Shown piece after piece: positions 32,040-45,889 of a stretch of DNA of 64,000 bases. Where the stretch lies: positions 46,871,731-46,935,730 of the forward strand of contig NC_083404.1 of NCBI RefSeq assembly GCF_020745735.1, in the 5' to 3' direction. The notes beneath the pieces were generated by a model. That model had not been told where the DNA came from and did no database searches. It saw only the letters and a program-made list of their open reading frames with translations. This DNA comes from Hemiscyllium ocellatum (taxonomy: Eukaryota). Each line of letters begins with the position of its first letter. The stretch's first letter is position 1. The position numbers and the translations under genes were made by a program.

Positions 32040-33010
32040 AGGTGAGAGGAGAAAGATTTAAAAAAGACCTGAGGGACAACTTTTCACACAAAGGGTGGTT
32101 CGTGTATGGAACAAACGGCCAGAGAAAGTGATAGATGCAGGAATGATTACAACATTGACTTTTGGCGGGATGTTACTCATGCCCCCCTACACATTAACAG
32201 CACAGAAGTGGAACAAATGGACAGTGTCAAGCTCCTGTGGGTGGTCATCCACAACAAGCTTTCTTGGACTCTTCATGCAGATGCATTGGTTTCAAAGGCC
32301 CAACAACATCTCTTCTTCCTCAGGCAGCTAGGAAATTTGGCATGACGGCGAATAACCTTGTCAACTTTTATAGGTGCGCCATCAAGACCATGCTGTCTGG
32401 ATGTATCATTACCTGGTGTGGCAACTGTACCGTTCAAGTTTGGAGACAGTTACAGAGAGTGGTGACAATCACAAAGGCCAACCACCCCATCGATAGAATC
32501 CATTTACCAAGTCCAGTGTCAAGGAAAGACCGCCAGCATTCTCAAAGATCCATCCCACCCTGGCAATGTTTTTCTACAAACTCTACCATCGAGGAGAAGG
32601 TACTGAAACCTGAACACATGCACCTGCCAGTTTCGAAACAGTTTCTTCCCTACTGTTGTTAGAATACTGAATGGACTCACAAAAGCTTAACATTCGCATT
32701 ATCTGTGTTTTTGTTTTTGCCACTGTTTACCTATTATTTAATGTCTATACTGCTAAATTATGTGATTTGCCTGTATTGCTCGCAAGACAAAGCTTTTCAC
32801 TGTGCCTCAGTACACGTGACAATAAATTCAATTCAATTCAATTCATTTAAATGACATTTGGATAGGTATATAAATAGGAAAGGTTTAGCAGAATCTGGGT
32901 CAAATACAGGCAAATGACATTAGTTTAGTTTGGAAAACGTAGTCAGCATGGACACGTTGGATTGAAGAGTTTGTTTTCATGCTATATGATTCTATGACTC
33001 TATGGTTCTT
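32040..33010 (+). mobile_element. CR1 3' end interrupted by a Rex1/Babar insertion
   Basis: VRVWNKRPEKVIDAG stops at 32156 and resumes at 32844 (CATTTAAATGACATTTGGATAGG). Confidence 0.85.
32157..32843 (+). mobile_element. Rex1/Babar-clade LINE 3' fragment, TSD CATT
   Basis: LSWTLHADALVSKAQQHLFFLRQL, NFYRCAIKTMLSGCIITWCGNC; AATAAA + (TTCAA)n tail; CATT at 32153-32156 and 32844-32847. Confidence 0.85.
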
Positions 33011-33229
33011 GAATACCTATTGATGAACTAGGAAGCTGAAAACAGGGTAAAATGTGTCTTGATACCTTGAGTGTGAAGCATGGCCTGGTGAGCTCACCAA
33101 AATGGAAAATCAGGATCCCATACTGAGATCCTGGGCAATTTTCCCTTTTCCTTTTATTGATATTGATGGATAATCTATTCTAAACCATTCTGAGACTTGA
33201 GACAACTCCAGTATACACATGAACTTGCA

Positions 33230-34630
33230 TTTTGTTGGAAGAATTTTAATGCTGAACAAAATTCCCTAGATTCAGAAAAGGTTCCATCATTGAACTGGAA
33301 AGTAGCACATGTAGCCTTTCTATTCAAGGTGGGAGGGAGGGAGGCAAAAAAAACAGAAAACCATTTAGTTTGATGCTTGTGAGAAAAGTGTTAGAGTCAA
33401 TCTTGAAAGAGATTATAGCTGGGTTCTTAGAGAAACTCAAAGAAACTGGGAAGGGCCAGTGTGTTTTTACCAAAGGGAAATCATGTGTAATTAATTTACT
33501 TGAGTTTTTTGAAGAAATAGCAAGTACTTGTGGATAAACATGAGGCTGGAAGATATACTTGGATTTCAACAGCATTTGATAAAGTGCCATTTTAGAGATT
33601 ATTGCAGAAAATAAAATCTCATGTATAATGAGGAAGAGAATGAATAAAATATTGGTTGGACAACAGAAAAGAGAGAGCATAAATTAACGTGTCTTTGTCT
33701 GATTGGCAGGATGTAACTATTGGTGGTCCCTTGAGGTCTATGTTTGGGCCTCAACCTTTTACAGAAAACATCAATGACTTAGATGATGTGAGCAAAAGTA
33801 TGGGAGCGAATTGTTCAGATGATACCAAGATAGGTAGGAAGGTATGTTGTGAAGGAGGTATAAGGAAGTTGCAGACTTATGTATATAGATTTAGTGAGTG
33901 GGCAAAAATCTGGCAGATGGAGTATAATATGGGAAAATGTGAAGTTTTTCACTTTGCCAGGAAGAATAATCAAACAGTGTTACTTAAACAGAGAACAACT
34001 ACAGGATTCTAAATGGATTTAGGCGTTCAAGTGCATGAGTCACAATAAATTTAGTATGCTAGTACAGAACACAATCAAGAAGTCTAATAAGATGCAATTC
34101 CATATTACTAGAGGAACTGAATATAAAAGTTAGGATGTTTTGCTTTAGATATACAAGGCCTTGTAGTGACCACATTTCAAATGCCCTGTGGAGTTTTGTT
34201 CTCCTTATTTTAGAGAGGATATAAATGCAATGAAGGTGTTTCAGAGGAGGACTTCTAGATCAATACCTGGATGGGAGGGTTATCTTGTGATGATAGGCTG
34301 GATAAGTTTGACTTGTTAACACCAGGGTTTAGAAAAGCAAGGGGTGACTTGATTGAAATGTATTAGTTGCTAAGTGGCCTTGACAAGCTGGATGTTGAAT
34401 GAATGCTTCCTCTCGTGGGTCTGTCCAGAGGGGGGCTGTTTTAAAGTTAAGGGTCACTCTTTCAGGATAGAGATGAGAAAAAAATCTCACAGAGAGTTGA
34501 ATCACTTTGGAACTCCCTGCTTCAGAAGGCAGTGGAGGTGGGATAATTGAATATTTTGAAGACAGATGTGGATAAATTCTTGTTAGGTAGGGGAAGCACT
34601 GGTTATTTGGGGTAGATAAGAATGCAGTAT
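33230..34630 (+). mobile_element. Old CR1-group RT relic
   Basis: SDDTKIGRKV...WQMEYNMGKCEV (ORF 33689..34012); many stops. Confidence 0.85.
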
Positions 34631-34974
34631 ACAAACACCAGCGTTTGTATGTAGGATAACCATATAAAATCCAATAAAGAATTCAGGGGAAACATCAGGT
34701 AGTGATGAGACTGTAGACTCCACCAAATAGAGTAGTTGAGTTAACCGCATAGAGAATTTAAGGGGCAACTAGTTGAATTTGTGAAGGAGAAAGGAAGGAA
34801 AGAATACATTGATCATGTGAGACAAAATAGAATGGGCAAAAGTTCATGTTTAGTTCATGTGTAGCATTAAGACAGACAAAGGTCTATTGGACTTGTTTCT
34901 GCACTATTAGTGAAATATCAATCTGTCTGATCTCAATGGGAAGGAAAACATGGCCGTTTGCAGAATGGACAGAT

Positions 34975-35168
34975 AAAAGCAAACTACTGCAGATGCTGAA
35001 GCAAACACAGAGAATGCCCATGAAACTTAGTAGCTCTGGGAGAATCTACAGAGAGAGAAAGAGTTAGCACTTCTGAAGAAGAGTCAGACCAGATTAGAAA
35101 CATTAACTGTTTCTCTGTCTGCAAATGCTGCCAGACCTGCTGAATTTCTCCAGCATTCTGTGTGTTTG
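34975..35168. mobile_element. Palindromic PLE-tail element with hammerhead motif
   Basis: Left arm CTGCAGATGCTG...AAACACAGAGAATG; CUGAAGA-A-GAGUC...GAAACAUU at 35073-35104; right arm CAGCATTCTGTGTGTTTG. Confidence 0.7.
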
Positions 35169-36344
35169 ACGCATAATGGACAATTTGTTTTACTTTACTG
35201 CTGAAAGTTAAAACCAGTTCTATAAAGCCCGAAAGTAACTATGACATTTGCACAATCTAATGGTTCATTCACTGACACTGACACAGTTGATTGACAAAAC
35301 TGAAAGTGTTATCTGCTTGGCTTTGCTGCTTGGTTCCAGCAAATGCAGTAAGATTAGCAGTGGGACTTCAACATGGGAGATGGTGGGCAAGTGAATAGGA
35401 AATAGTGGCATTTCAGCTGGCATAGCCGGCTGCCAGTTTGGACTGCTATGTATATTCCTCCAATTGTGACTACCCAATGGATGGGACTGAGTTGTGATGG
35501 AGATGCTGTGGAAACAACACAAACTGCTTCCAAATTAAATACGTTTCAATTAGTTCTATGCAAGAAACGCTTGTAATCCTTGTATTAGTCGTAATAAATC
35601 AGATCATGGATTAGGTTCGAGTGAACAATGTTTTCCTACAAGCAATATGTCAATCATGTGTTGTAAAGGTAAGTCCCAATAGTTATTATCTAGTGCTTTT
35701 ATATTTGAATTGGGAATTTTAATGTCATTTAAAACATCTGACAGTGCATTAGAAATATGAAACATACTGCAAAATGATACACAGCACAATGGAAATCACA
35801 ATAATTCTCCTTACAGAAAGTTACTGATCTCAACTATGATGCAGAGAAATTCAGTTTTAAATCATTACCTTTAAAGCACTGTAAATCATAGGTCAAAGTC
35901 ATATGGTAAAATCCTATGATCTCTCTTATGGTGAGCTTGGAGATGGAAAGGCATTTAGTTAGGTAGGATGCTGGCCGAACTGAATCACACCACCTTCCCC
36001 CTTCCACCAGGATGAAGTCCTGAATAGGAAAGCCCAGGGTAACATTCCCATTCTGCTGCCAGTTGAAACCCCTACCTGGGCCATTAATGACCACATCATG
36101 ATGCCCGGAACTCCTTTGGAAAGACCTTGCAGGAACCCTGTAGCTGTGTTTGAAGATCCCTTGGACAGAGGATGAACTTTATTTATGTAATTACTTTTCA
36201 TTCTTTTTGTAAGTCAAAATGTTGCTGGATTGTGGCCCCAAAACACTTCCCACTGTCTGTTTGTAGATATATATGACAACAAATAACTCATAATTCAGAA
36301 AGCATCCTTTCCAGATGCATCACAAATTGATATGGCAATTGGTC

Positions 36345-36759
36345 TGTTCAAAAGAGTTGTGAACACAGCTCAATCCATCAGGAAAACCAGGCCTCTTTCC
36401 ATTGACTCTGTCTACACTTTCCACTGCCTCGGGAAAGCATCCAGTATAAAAGATTTCTCCCTTCCCGGTGATACGCTCTTCCACCCTCTTCCATTGGGCA
36501 GATATTACAAAAGTTTGAAAACACCTACCAACGGATTTAAGATACACACTTCTTCCCCACTGTTATCAGACTTATAAATGGACCTGATCTTTCTCTGTTT
36601 AGCTGTAACCTCCTGTTTAGCTGTAACACTATATCCTGTATTCTGTTCTAGTACCTTGATGTACTTATGTAAGGTATGATTTGTCTGGATAGCACGCGAA
36701 ACAATGTTTTTTACTGCATTTCGGTATGTGTGACAGTTAAAGTAAATCAAATCAAATAT
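36345..36759 (+). mobile_element. Rex1/Babar-clade LINE 3' fragment
   Basis: RVVNTAQSI...LSIDSVY...HPLPLGRYYKS; (AAATC)n tail; homologous to 32450-32840. Confidence 0.8.
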
Positions 36760-37707
36760 TGGTTTCATGAAAAAGACACAAGCTCCAGTTTCATGTGATC
36801 TACTGTCACCTAGCTTCTTACATACATGCTCAGTAGAATAAAAATACAGTTAACCCTTTACTCCATAATAATCTCCTTAGAGAAGAAAGGAAACTAAAGG
36901 GAGGTGTTGAAAGGTGAATGACAAAAGAAACAATAGTAACATCAGGACAACCCTTTTGACACAGCCAATGATTGGCTTTTTGATTTGTTGACAGACTCAG
37001 AAAGTCCTAGGAAGAGTAGGTTCATTTGAAATTAACAGATCAAATCAAATTGTAGACCTGAATTGAATGAGGTCAAAGTTATGAAGTGAATGCCAGCAGC
37101 TACAAGCTGCCATTAGTCTCAATTTTTAAAAAATAAAAATAGCTGCACTGTTCAACCTCCATGACTGCAATGCAGCTCTTTCATGTACAGGTCAAAATAT
37201 GTACTATTAAAGATTGAAAATCAGCAAAGGAATCAATATTTCTCAATCCTGTATCTCATGACTGCAAGAAGAGATGGAGACTTTAGTTTAGACTGTACTG
37301 TCAGACTGAAGGGAATCCTTCAAATCCTCCAGGCTGGACTGTGCATTCACTTGGTTAAGTGGTTTCGCTCATAGCCTACAAGAAATACACTGACATGACT
37401 CAAAATTGACCTTTAAAAAAATGACCTAAACTCTGACAAAGATTGAAAGGGTTTCCAAAAAAATGTGATTGTTAATATCTTTGACTTTACATTGAACAAA
37501 TCTCAGATTAAAATTCTCAATGTCTCCAGAAATTGTCGCAACAAGGTTTCAAGTTGTGAGAGGCCATCTTTATTTTCTCTTCATTTCCGACACACAACAA
37601 TTAAATATACTTATCAGTAAAGTCCTTTGGAATGTCCTGTGGTCATGAAGATGCCCTAAAAATGAAGTCTTTTGGTCTCAGGTGTCAGCTGTGCTCTCAC
37701 AATTTTC

Positions 37708-39137
37708 TTTTTTTTATTTCAAAAATATACTTTATTCATAAAATAATTTGATGGTCTATACAGTTGGTCGTGCCATACATATGTAAACATATACATACAG
37801 AGATCAGAATTTATCATTTTATATAGAAGTCTGTACGTTTTTCAATCGTATGCCCATATATTTAGCTGAGGTTTCAGCAGAGCCCAAATGGCTGCGTGGG
37901 CCCCCTGTTCTTCTTCTGGTCCCCAGAAACTACTTTTTTTTAATTTCAAAAATATACTTTATTCATAAATACTTTGATGATCTGTACAACTGGACATGCC
38001 ATACATATGTAAACATTCCATTTCCTTGCATACCGAAACAGAGCAATCATTCCTATTTACAGGTCTGTTTAGCTGAGGCATCAGCAGAGCCCAAATGACT
38101 GCATGGGCCCTCTGTTCTTCTTTAGGCAGGCAGATGTTACACAGTGGTTTTTCCCCACCGCGCCTTGGCGGCAGCTGCCCCAAGCTTCAGCGCATCCCTC
38201 AACACGTAGTCCTGAACATTGGAATGTGCCAGTCTGCAACACTCAGTCGGGGTCAACTCCTTCAGCTGGAAGATCCTGTGCCGCTGCAGTCACCCGGGCC
38301 ATCTTCCAGTTTATATGGAGGTCAAAGGTGGACCAGGTCTGAAGGGACTCGCTGTACAAAGATCTGGGCAACGGGGGAAAAAATACACCCAATGCCACCC
38401 TCACCCTGATGGCCACTTTTGTGTGTGGCTGCATCAAGCTGTGAGTGGATCCCCGGTACGCAAACACCAAGTGTCACTACGTACAGAGGTTCTACCTGTC
38501 ACCGGTGTTGTGAAGGATGGGCCTGGCCTCGCTGCCGCGGAACGCTTCAAGTAGTTGGACCGTTCCGTACCACCTGTCCTTCGTGGAGAGGTTTATGAAG
38601 AAAAACACCTTTGACCACAAGTCCATTAGGAAGTGGTCAGCAAGTAGCGTCCTTGAGACCTTTCGGGAAAAGGAGAGGGCGGATCCTATCGAGCGGTTCC
38701 CTGAGCAGACTGTCAAAGCCATTTGGCAGAATGCCTCATCGCCAGAACTTTCCAACAAGCACCAAGACATGGCTTGGCTGGTGGTGAGAAAAGCTCTGCC
38801 TGTGAGATCCTTTATGCACGCCCGGACTCTCAGCCGCACCGCACACTGCCCTCGAAGCGGCTGCGGGGGGGTCGAGACTGTCACACACCTCCTTCTGGAA
38901 TGTGCCTACGCAGAAGAAGTCTGGAGAGGAATGCAGTGGTGTTTGTTGAGGTTTGTCCCAAGCAGCGCCGTGACGCGGGACTCCACGCTCTATGGCCTGT
39001 TCCCCGGGACGCACACCGAGACAAACATCAACTGTGCCTGGAGGATCATCAACTCAGTGAAGGACGCTCTCTGGGCCGTCTGAAACCTGTTGATCTTCCA
39101 GCTGAAGGAGTTGACCCCGACTGAGTGTTGCAGACTG
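37708..39137 (-). mobile_element. Tx1-like LINE insertion with inverted 5' part (38276-39137) and two tandem 3' ends
   Basis: zf-RVT-like CPRSGCGGVETVTHLLLEC; ALKLGAAAAKARWGKTTV* on minus strand; two AATAAA+A8 ends; 16-bp TSD with one mismatch (37692-37707 and 39136-39151). Confidence 0.9.
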
Positions 39138-39214
39138 CTTTCACAATTTTCAGTAGAAGAAGGTGAGCTCAAGTCACATTCACACTACTGAAATCAAGGC
39201 TGATACTCCAGAAT

Positions 39215-39390
39215 GGGGATGTTGGGTTTATGTCTTACTACAGGTGACCCCATCACACTATACAATCTCACACACACACTCCTACACATGGACACACACT
39301 CAGACACACGCATACAGACCCTCTCTCATATACACACACTTGCACTCACACTTTCTCACAGGCATATAATCCCTCATACTCACATACACA
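39215..39390 (+). mobile_element. Fragment of second PLE family (GIY-YIG end + CA-rich 3' region)
   Basis: TTGGGTTTATGTCTTACTACAGGTGACC matches 29269-29297. Confidence 0.7.
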
Positions 39391-40419
39391 TGGGAATGAG
39401 GGTAAATGTACATGCAAAAGGGCCATGTTTGGTTCAATCATTCTGTCTCCAAAGCAAATAGACTCACCTGGGAATTAATATTGCTTGAATTTCAACACTT
39501 CAACATTCTTCTTTGATAACTTCATTTAAATTGTCTATAATCACAAGGTGCCATAAAATAAAAAGAAAATAAATAAGCAAACTGCATATCATTGTCTTTG
39601 TAGGGATAAGTAATACTGCAAACAAATTAACACAGATGGAGTTGTGATGTCCTTTGAACAAAGGGATTCTTATTTGAAAGAGATTTATAGTTCTCTCTGT
39701 TTATCTCACTTCAGTTCTGTTTCTGTGCTATTGGACATTTGTGTATCATATTAAATGCATTTTATGCCTGTTGCTAATTCTTTCGACAGATATTTTTCTT
39801 TCTTCTTTTGTTAAATGGTTATACGAGTGAAATAAAGAGATAACTATCTCAGTTGGATAGAAATCTGCTTGTTCGCAGAGAGTTTTTTTAATCTCTACTT
39901 CCCATAAAATGAAGACCTCCTGGTGATCAAACAGTTCTAAAATGTTGCATGTAATTATTTCTGATGGATACTTATAGTTACCTCAATTAATCACGTTTTT
40001 ATCCCTGGAGCATGCTGGTCCTTCAGAGAGACTGGAGTCTGAGTCATAAACTTGGTTAGAATTCTGACTCAGAAAGACTCTTGTAAAGTTTTAGGTGGGG
40101 GAAAGATTTAGTTGTTGGTTTTGGAGAGGGGATGGCTAGTTCTCAAACTGAGTATTTGCCGCCTCAGCTCCAGGGTTGGGGTAAAGTGGGTTCTGAAGAA
40201 GAGTTCTATTGAACTGTGTATCTCCCACTACAGATGCTCAGCACTTTCTTCAGCACTTCCTGTTTTTATCTTGATAAAATTAGAAGGTTCAAACAAAAAT
40301 GGGTTTTGAACAATATCAACGGTGGATGTGAAGTCGTCCTGGTTCCATCCTTCTGATTTTGGAAGATTCACCAGAATTTTACTAGTTTGGCTTTCATTCC
40401 CTGGAAAGGATGTGCAGGT

Positions 40420-40645
40420 AGTCCAAAGAATGTCCAAAGATATGCACGTCAAGTGAACTGGCCATGCTAAATTATCCAAAATGTTCAGAGATGTGCAGGC
40501 TAGGTGGATTAGCCTTGGGAAATACAAGGTTACAGAGATGGGATAGGGGGTTGGGTCTGGGTAGGATGCTCTTCGAAGTGTTGTTGTGGACTCGATAGGT
40601 CGAATGGCCTGATTTCACACTGTACAGATTGTATGATTCTATTCT
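40420..40645 (+). mobile_element. HE1-like SINE 3' half
   Basis: GTCCAAAGATATGCACGTC...GGCCATGCTAAATT...GGGTCTGGGTAGG...CACACTGTA. Confidence 0.8.
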
Positions 40646-40754
40646 ATGAATATAGAAGACTATGAGTGGCCTGGTTGATGTTTTTGAAAAAAATTGATAT
40701 CTTGGATAGAGAAAATGTTTACTGTTCATAGAAGTATTTAACACAAGGAAACAT

Positions 40755-40905
40755 AAATAAAAACAAAGTGGTGGAGAAACTCAGCAGGTCTGACCAGCAT
40801 CTATGGAGAGAAAAACAGAGCTAAGGTTTTAAATCCAATATGATTCTTCCTCTGAATTGTGAGTTTTTATTGCAGTTTTTCAGCATATGCAGCAGTTTAC
40901 TTTTA
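40755..40905 (-). mobile_element. Degenerate PLE-tail element with short inverted end
   Basis: GGAGAAACTCAGCAGGTCTGACCAGCATCTATGGAGAG is the reverse complement of the common tail. Confidence 0.65.
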
Positions 40906-42364
40906 CAAGCAAAACATAATCTTAAAATCAGAGCCAGGCTGATTTTAAATGCCTTCTTCATGCAACGGCTGCTAAAAGTATATAACTATCTCTCTAGTTG
41001 ATGCCAATTCAGTTAAGACTTATAAATATAGGCAGTTATCACATTACTGCATATGGAAGGTCTGCGCAAAAATTGATTGTCATGTTTCTAACATTCGAAC
41101 AAACTACACCACAAAAATGGATTCTATTGGCTGTAAAGGGACTTCAAACACCCTGAGGTTGTGAAAAATGCGATATAAAATTAAGTTCATTATTGGTGAA
41201 CAGTTATAAACTCTGAAATCAGATCCGCCTGAAAACTGGTTGAATCTATCCATATTCATTTAACTTAGTTCAATTATATTCAATTGAGGAATAAAAAGTT
41301 AATCCTATCAGCATGGGTTAGAAACACACCCAGGTGCTAGCAGTAAAGTAATTGAGCTTTTGAAGGGGAGCTTGAAGGTTCCAAGGAGCGATTCAGAAAT
41401 TCTGTGGTAGTGCATTCAAATACAGCATACGAAGATGGAATGATCAGTTAGTTATCTTCACCCACCAAAATATACAATTGGCCAATAATCTCCATACAAA
41501 GGGATTCTATTGGACAGGGTCAATGACTTAGAAGGTCAGAAGTCAGAGCAAACTCTTGAGGGTATCTTCTGTCATTGTAGTCAGTGCTACACCCTGTCAG
41601 TATCTCTGAGTTGGCAGTCTATAGTGGGAATAAGGAGGCCTGGAATACTGCACAGTGCAGAAGGTAATGACCTTGAAAGTAAGAGTTTGGCAATATTATG
41701 TTGCCTTAGACCTGGCTTTCAAAGAGACAATGAAGGAAAGGCAGAGAGGTGCAAAGGAAAATAGTTTCCATGAATAAAACATTGGTGCAAACGTGGGTGC
41801 CAATTTTAGTTGGGCATTGGCTCTTATAAAAGTGCTAAGACAGGATGGAGCGGGACTTTTCTGCTACTTACGAAAGATCAAATCAGTCACATCTTCTAGA
41901 ATATAAGGTACATGCTCAAACAGTTCTCTTTTACAGTTGAGAATGCATATGGAATGGAATATAGGCTTTGTTCCATCTATAAGGTACAGGGCATGTCACT
42001 CAACATCTTAGAGAAAGAGTTAATCACATGTTAGCAGATCCTCTTGGCAAAGCCTCTCACATAAAGGTTTAATTTAAATTAGTCTTGATCTCAAATGCTG
42101 AGAAGGACCATAAGACTTTGGAGTAGGTATCAACAGTGTCCATATCTCAATTAAAAAGAAAGAAAGATGCACATTTCTCTCGTGCTCTTCACAATAACCG
42201 GATAGCTCAAAGTGCTTCACAACCAATTGAGTACTTCTTGAAATCTGTGCACTGTTACACTGCAGGAAAACAATTTGCATGCAAGAAATTCCCCCAAACA
42301 GCAACCTAATGATGGATAACCATAAACGCTGAGGTAGAACACGAATCCACAACCTTCTTATTCA

Positions 42365-43220
42365 GATTCATAGAATCATAGAGAAATACAGCACAGAAAC
42401 AGACCGTTTGGTCCAACATAACCATGCCAACCAGATATCCGAAATTAATCTAGTTCCAATTGCCAGCACTTAGCCCATATCCCTCTAAACCCTTCCTATT
42501 CATATACCCATCCAGATGCCTTTTAAATATTGTCATTGTCCCAGCCTCCACCACTGACTCCATACAATACCACCCTCTGCAGGAAAATGTAGCCTCTCAG
42601 ATCCCTTTTAAATCTTTCCCCTCTCACCCTAAATCTATGCTCTCTTTTCCTGGACTCTCCCATCCCAGGGAAAAGACCTTGTTTATTTACCCGATCCATG
42701 CCTCTCATGATTTTATAAATCTCTATAAGGTCACCCCTCAGCCTCTGACACTCCAGGGAAAACAGTCCCAATGTATTCAGCCTCTCCCTAAAGTTCAAAT
42801 TCTCCAACCCTGGCAACATCCTTCTAAATCTTTTCTGAGTCCTTTCAAGTTTCGCAACATCTTTCCGAGAGGAAGGAGACCAGAACTGTACACAATATTC
42901 CAAAAGTGGCCTAACCAATGTCCTGTATAGCTGCAACATGACCTCCCAACTCAGTTCTCTGATTGATAAAGGAAAGCATACCAAACACCTTCTTCACTAT
43001 CCTATCTACCTGCGACTCCACTTTCAACGAATTATGGATCAGCACTCCAAGGTCACTTTGTTGAGCAATACACCCCAGGACCTTACTACTAAGTGTATAA
43101 GTCCTGCCCTGATTTGCCTTTCCAAATTGCAGCATCTCACATTTATCTAAATTAAACTCCATCTGCTATTAGCCGATCTGATCAAGGTTCTACTATACTT
43201 TGAGGTAAACCTCTTCTCTG
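42365..43220 (-). mobile_element. CR1 3' fragment
   Basis: ORFs 42911..43162 and 42523..42984(-): MEFNLDKC, RPLLEYCVQFWSP. Confidence 0.93.
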
Positions 43221-45889
43221 ACAACTCCACCTGGTCTGAGACAAGAATGCAGCTTTTGGTGTAAAGTTTTTTCAGACATTCTGAAGTTGTAAAAGACACT
43301 ATATAAATGCAAGAAATGGCTCAGCATCTCTTCATGTTATCATAAAAGACAGATGACCTTAAAAGTTATGTTTCTATTTCAACGCTGAAAATGGGTAATG
43401 AGGAACAATGCCAATGGTACCTCAATTTCCAGGAAAAGACTCATTTTGCTTTTATAAACTCAATGCCCCCAGACTAGGTAGCCTTTAGGACTCGCTTATC
43501 ATATTTCCCATCTTCATCCCAGTACACCACTGCCCCACACCTGTCTCTAAAATCTGCCACATAATCGCACAAAAAGCATTGCAGAAGCATTTTAAGCATC
43601 GTAAGAAAGTAAACATCACAATTTAAAAAGAGATTTGTCTCTGCCATTGCTTTATTCCAACAACTAATGATGGCTACTATCAGTTTTTTGAGCCAGTCAC
43701 CTCAACTCCAGGACATCCCTGCAGGGTTTAATCAGGAAAGTGTCCTAGGCCCCATATCTTCAGCTGCTTCATCAATGACTTCCCCAACCACCACACCTCA
43801 TGAGGCCATAAATGGAATGTTCATTTATCATTCAGCCTTATCTTTTGCACTGATATATTCACTCCCTCTCATTGAAAACTGTGGGGATTCTCCTCCAGTT
43901 AGTTGTTTAATTGCCTGACACCATTCACGGCTGGATTTGGCAGGGCTGCTTAGATAAGATCTGTTGATCTCTTAGCTCTGTCTAACCCATGCTTCTTATA
44001 CAGCTTCACATATAAATAGTCCTGAATTATCAGATTGTTCACCAGATTGGCACGTCATTTTACGTCCTGCTTCTTCTCTTTCTCTCCATTGGAAATTTGG
44101 GTTGGAAGGTGAATGGAGAAGCTTCAGATGGATATTCTGCCTAAAATGCCTGAGCCTCTGAAGACAATTCTCAAATTTGTTTTCTCAATTTTCACCTGTT
44201 TGACTGTTTGGCTTGGAAAAGAGGTTTTCTAGAGCACTCTTGTTTGCCGGTGTAGTCTCCTTGCCAGCAAGTAGTGGTGTGAAAAGAACAATTCAGGCTT
44301 ACTGCAATCCCCATAAGACTGAAAGAAACGACAGTACATGCCATGGAAACTGAAATGCCTCAGGTTTGCATTTGTTCCCAGTTGTTGGGAATGAAATTTG
44401 TAGAAATGCTGTGTGTTTTCTGTTTGGTGTGTGGAAGCTGATCACTCTGTTATGGTCACAATTGTCCTATTGCAACAGCATCAAAAATTATTTGCTCAGA
44501 TGTGGGTAATTTCTATTAACAAACATGCAAATGTGAAGTGTTTTGCAGTCAATGCAATAATATCAAAGATGGCAAGTACACATTTGCTGCATATTGTACA
44601 ATAAACATCATTTGAGACATTCAATAGCCAGGTCTTTATTATGTAAATATGTTTTGTTTTGATACTATTGTTAATAATTTCTAAAGCAATAGTTACTATG
44701 CAAACAACATCAAATCTGATTTACCTGATTTGATTCATTGTAAAAATTCTCTTCTTTGAGCAGTAAAAACCTCCCATCTTCCAAAAGCATAACATGGTGA
44801 CCTGTCCATCAGGAAGTGAATGTCTATAACTTCAGCCTGGTCAAAGGTAACAAGGTATTTTAGACGAAGCAGCTGCAAAGCATATATGTACTATGCATGG
44901 ACAGGCATGAAGTTCTGTGATAGTCATTTGCAGATGTTAACAAAGTAATATCTTTTCACCATTTTGTCAAATTTTGCTTCACAAAACATGAACAATGCAC
45001 TTTTAAAAGATAACCCATTTTGCAAGGGTTCTCATTATTTGTGCATGTGAAGTTAACAATACTAATATGGTATTTCTAGTCTATTAAAGTATTAGGATAT
45101 CAAGTCAAGCCCAGCAGATCAAATTCAAAATTTCACACCTCATCTTAAAATATTCTTTTTCATTCATTTCAAAAACAGAATTTGTGAACAAATTAGCAAA
45201 GATGTGGATAGTTGCAAATATAATTCCATCTAATTCACAATGGAAATCATTAGAGCAAATATTGGAACACCTGGGCAGCCATGTTGAAGTACTCAAGTAT
45301 CTCTTGGCAATGTTAGCACTACGATATTGTCAGTGTCAGTTTGTCTACACAAGACAATAGACATGTGAAAATCCAGCTGGGATTAGGTAGGTTCAATGGG
45401 GTAATCAGATCAATATTGTTCTTAGTGATTGGCAAAGCAGGCTCAAAGAACCAAGTGACCCACTCCAGTTTATGATTGATATGGTCTGTGTTTTTCTGTA
45501 TGTTCCTATGGTGCACTCCTGTTAATGACTGAAGAGATCAACCCACGAGAAGCAGGTTCTGCCAAACAAAGTGCCACAGATGAAGTCGCCATCAGGTGTT
45601 ATTGTGGGAAGTTGATTTGGGTGTTAATTTGTATTGCTAAGCCACTGATTGGCATTGTGTTACACACCGGCCAAAGGTGATGATGCCATTTCCATCGCGG
45701 TTGGCTATGGGTGAAGAAGGATATGAAATGATTCATACTAGAATGAATGCAATAAGCATTGAGAGGGAGTCATAGAGACCTTGCTGGACAGAAATGTAGG
45801 ATTTCATGGGAGACAGATCTACGGTTAGTTCCTCCTAATAGTAATTTTAATGACATAGAACCTATTCTTGCAACCTGTATACAGTTAAA

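Noticed and set aside
35265-36180. Acceptor-like sites (TTTCCACAG on minus at ~35507; CCTTCCACCAG on plus at ~36009) followed by short open frames
   Set aside because: No clear matching donors, opposite strands, and no recognisable peptide; too weak to call exons
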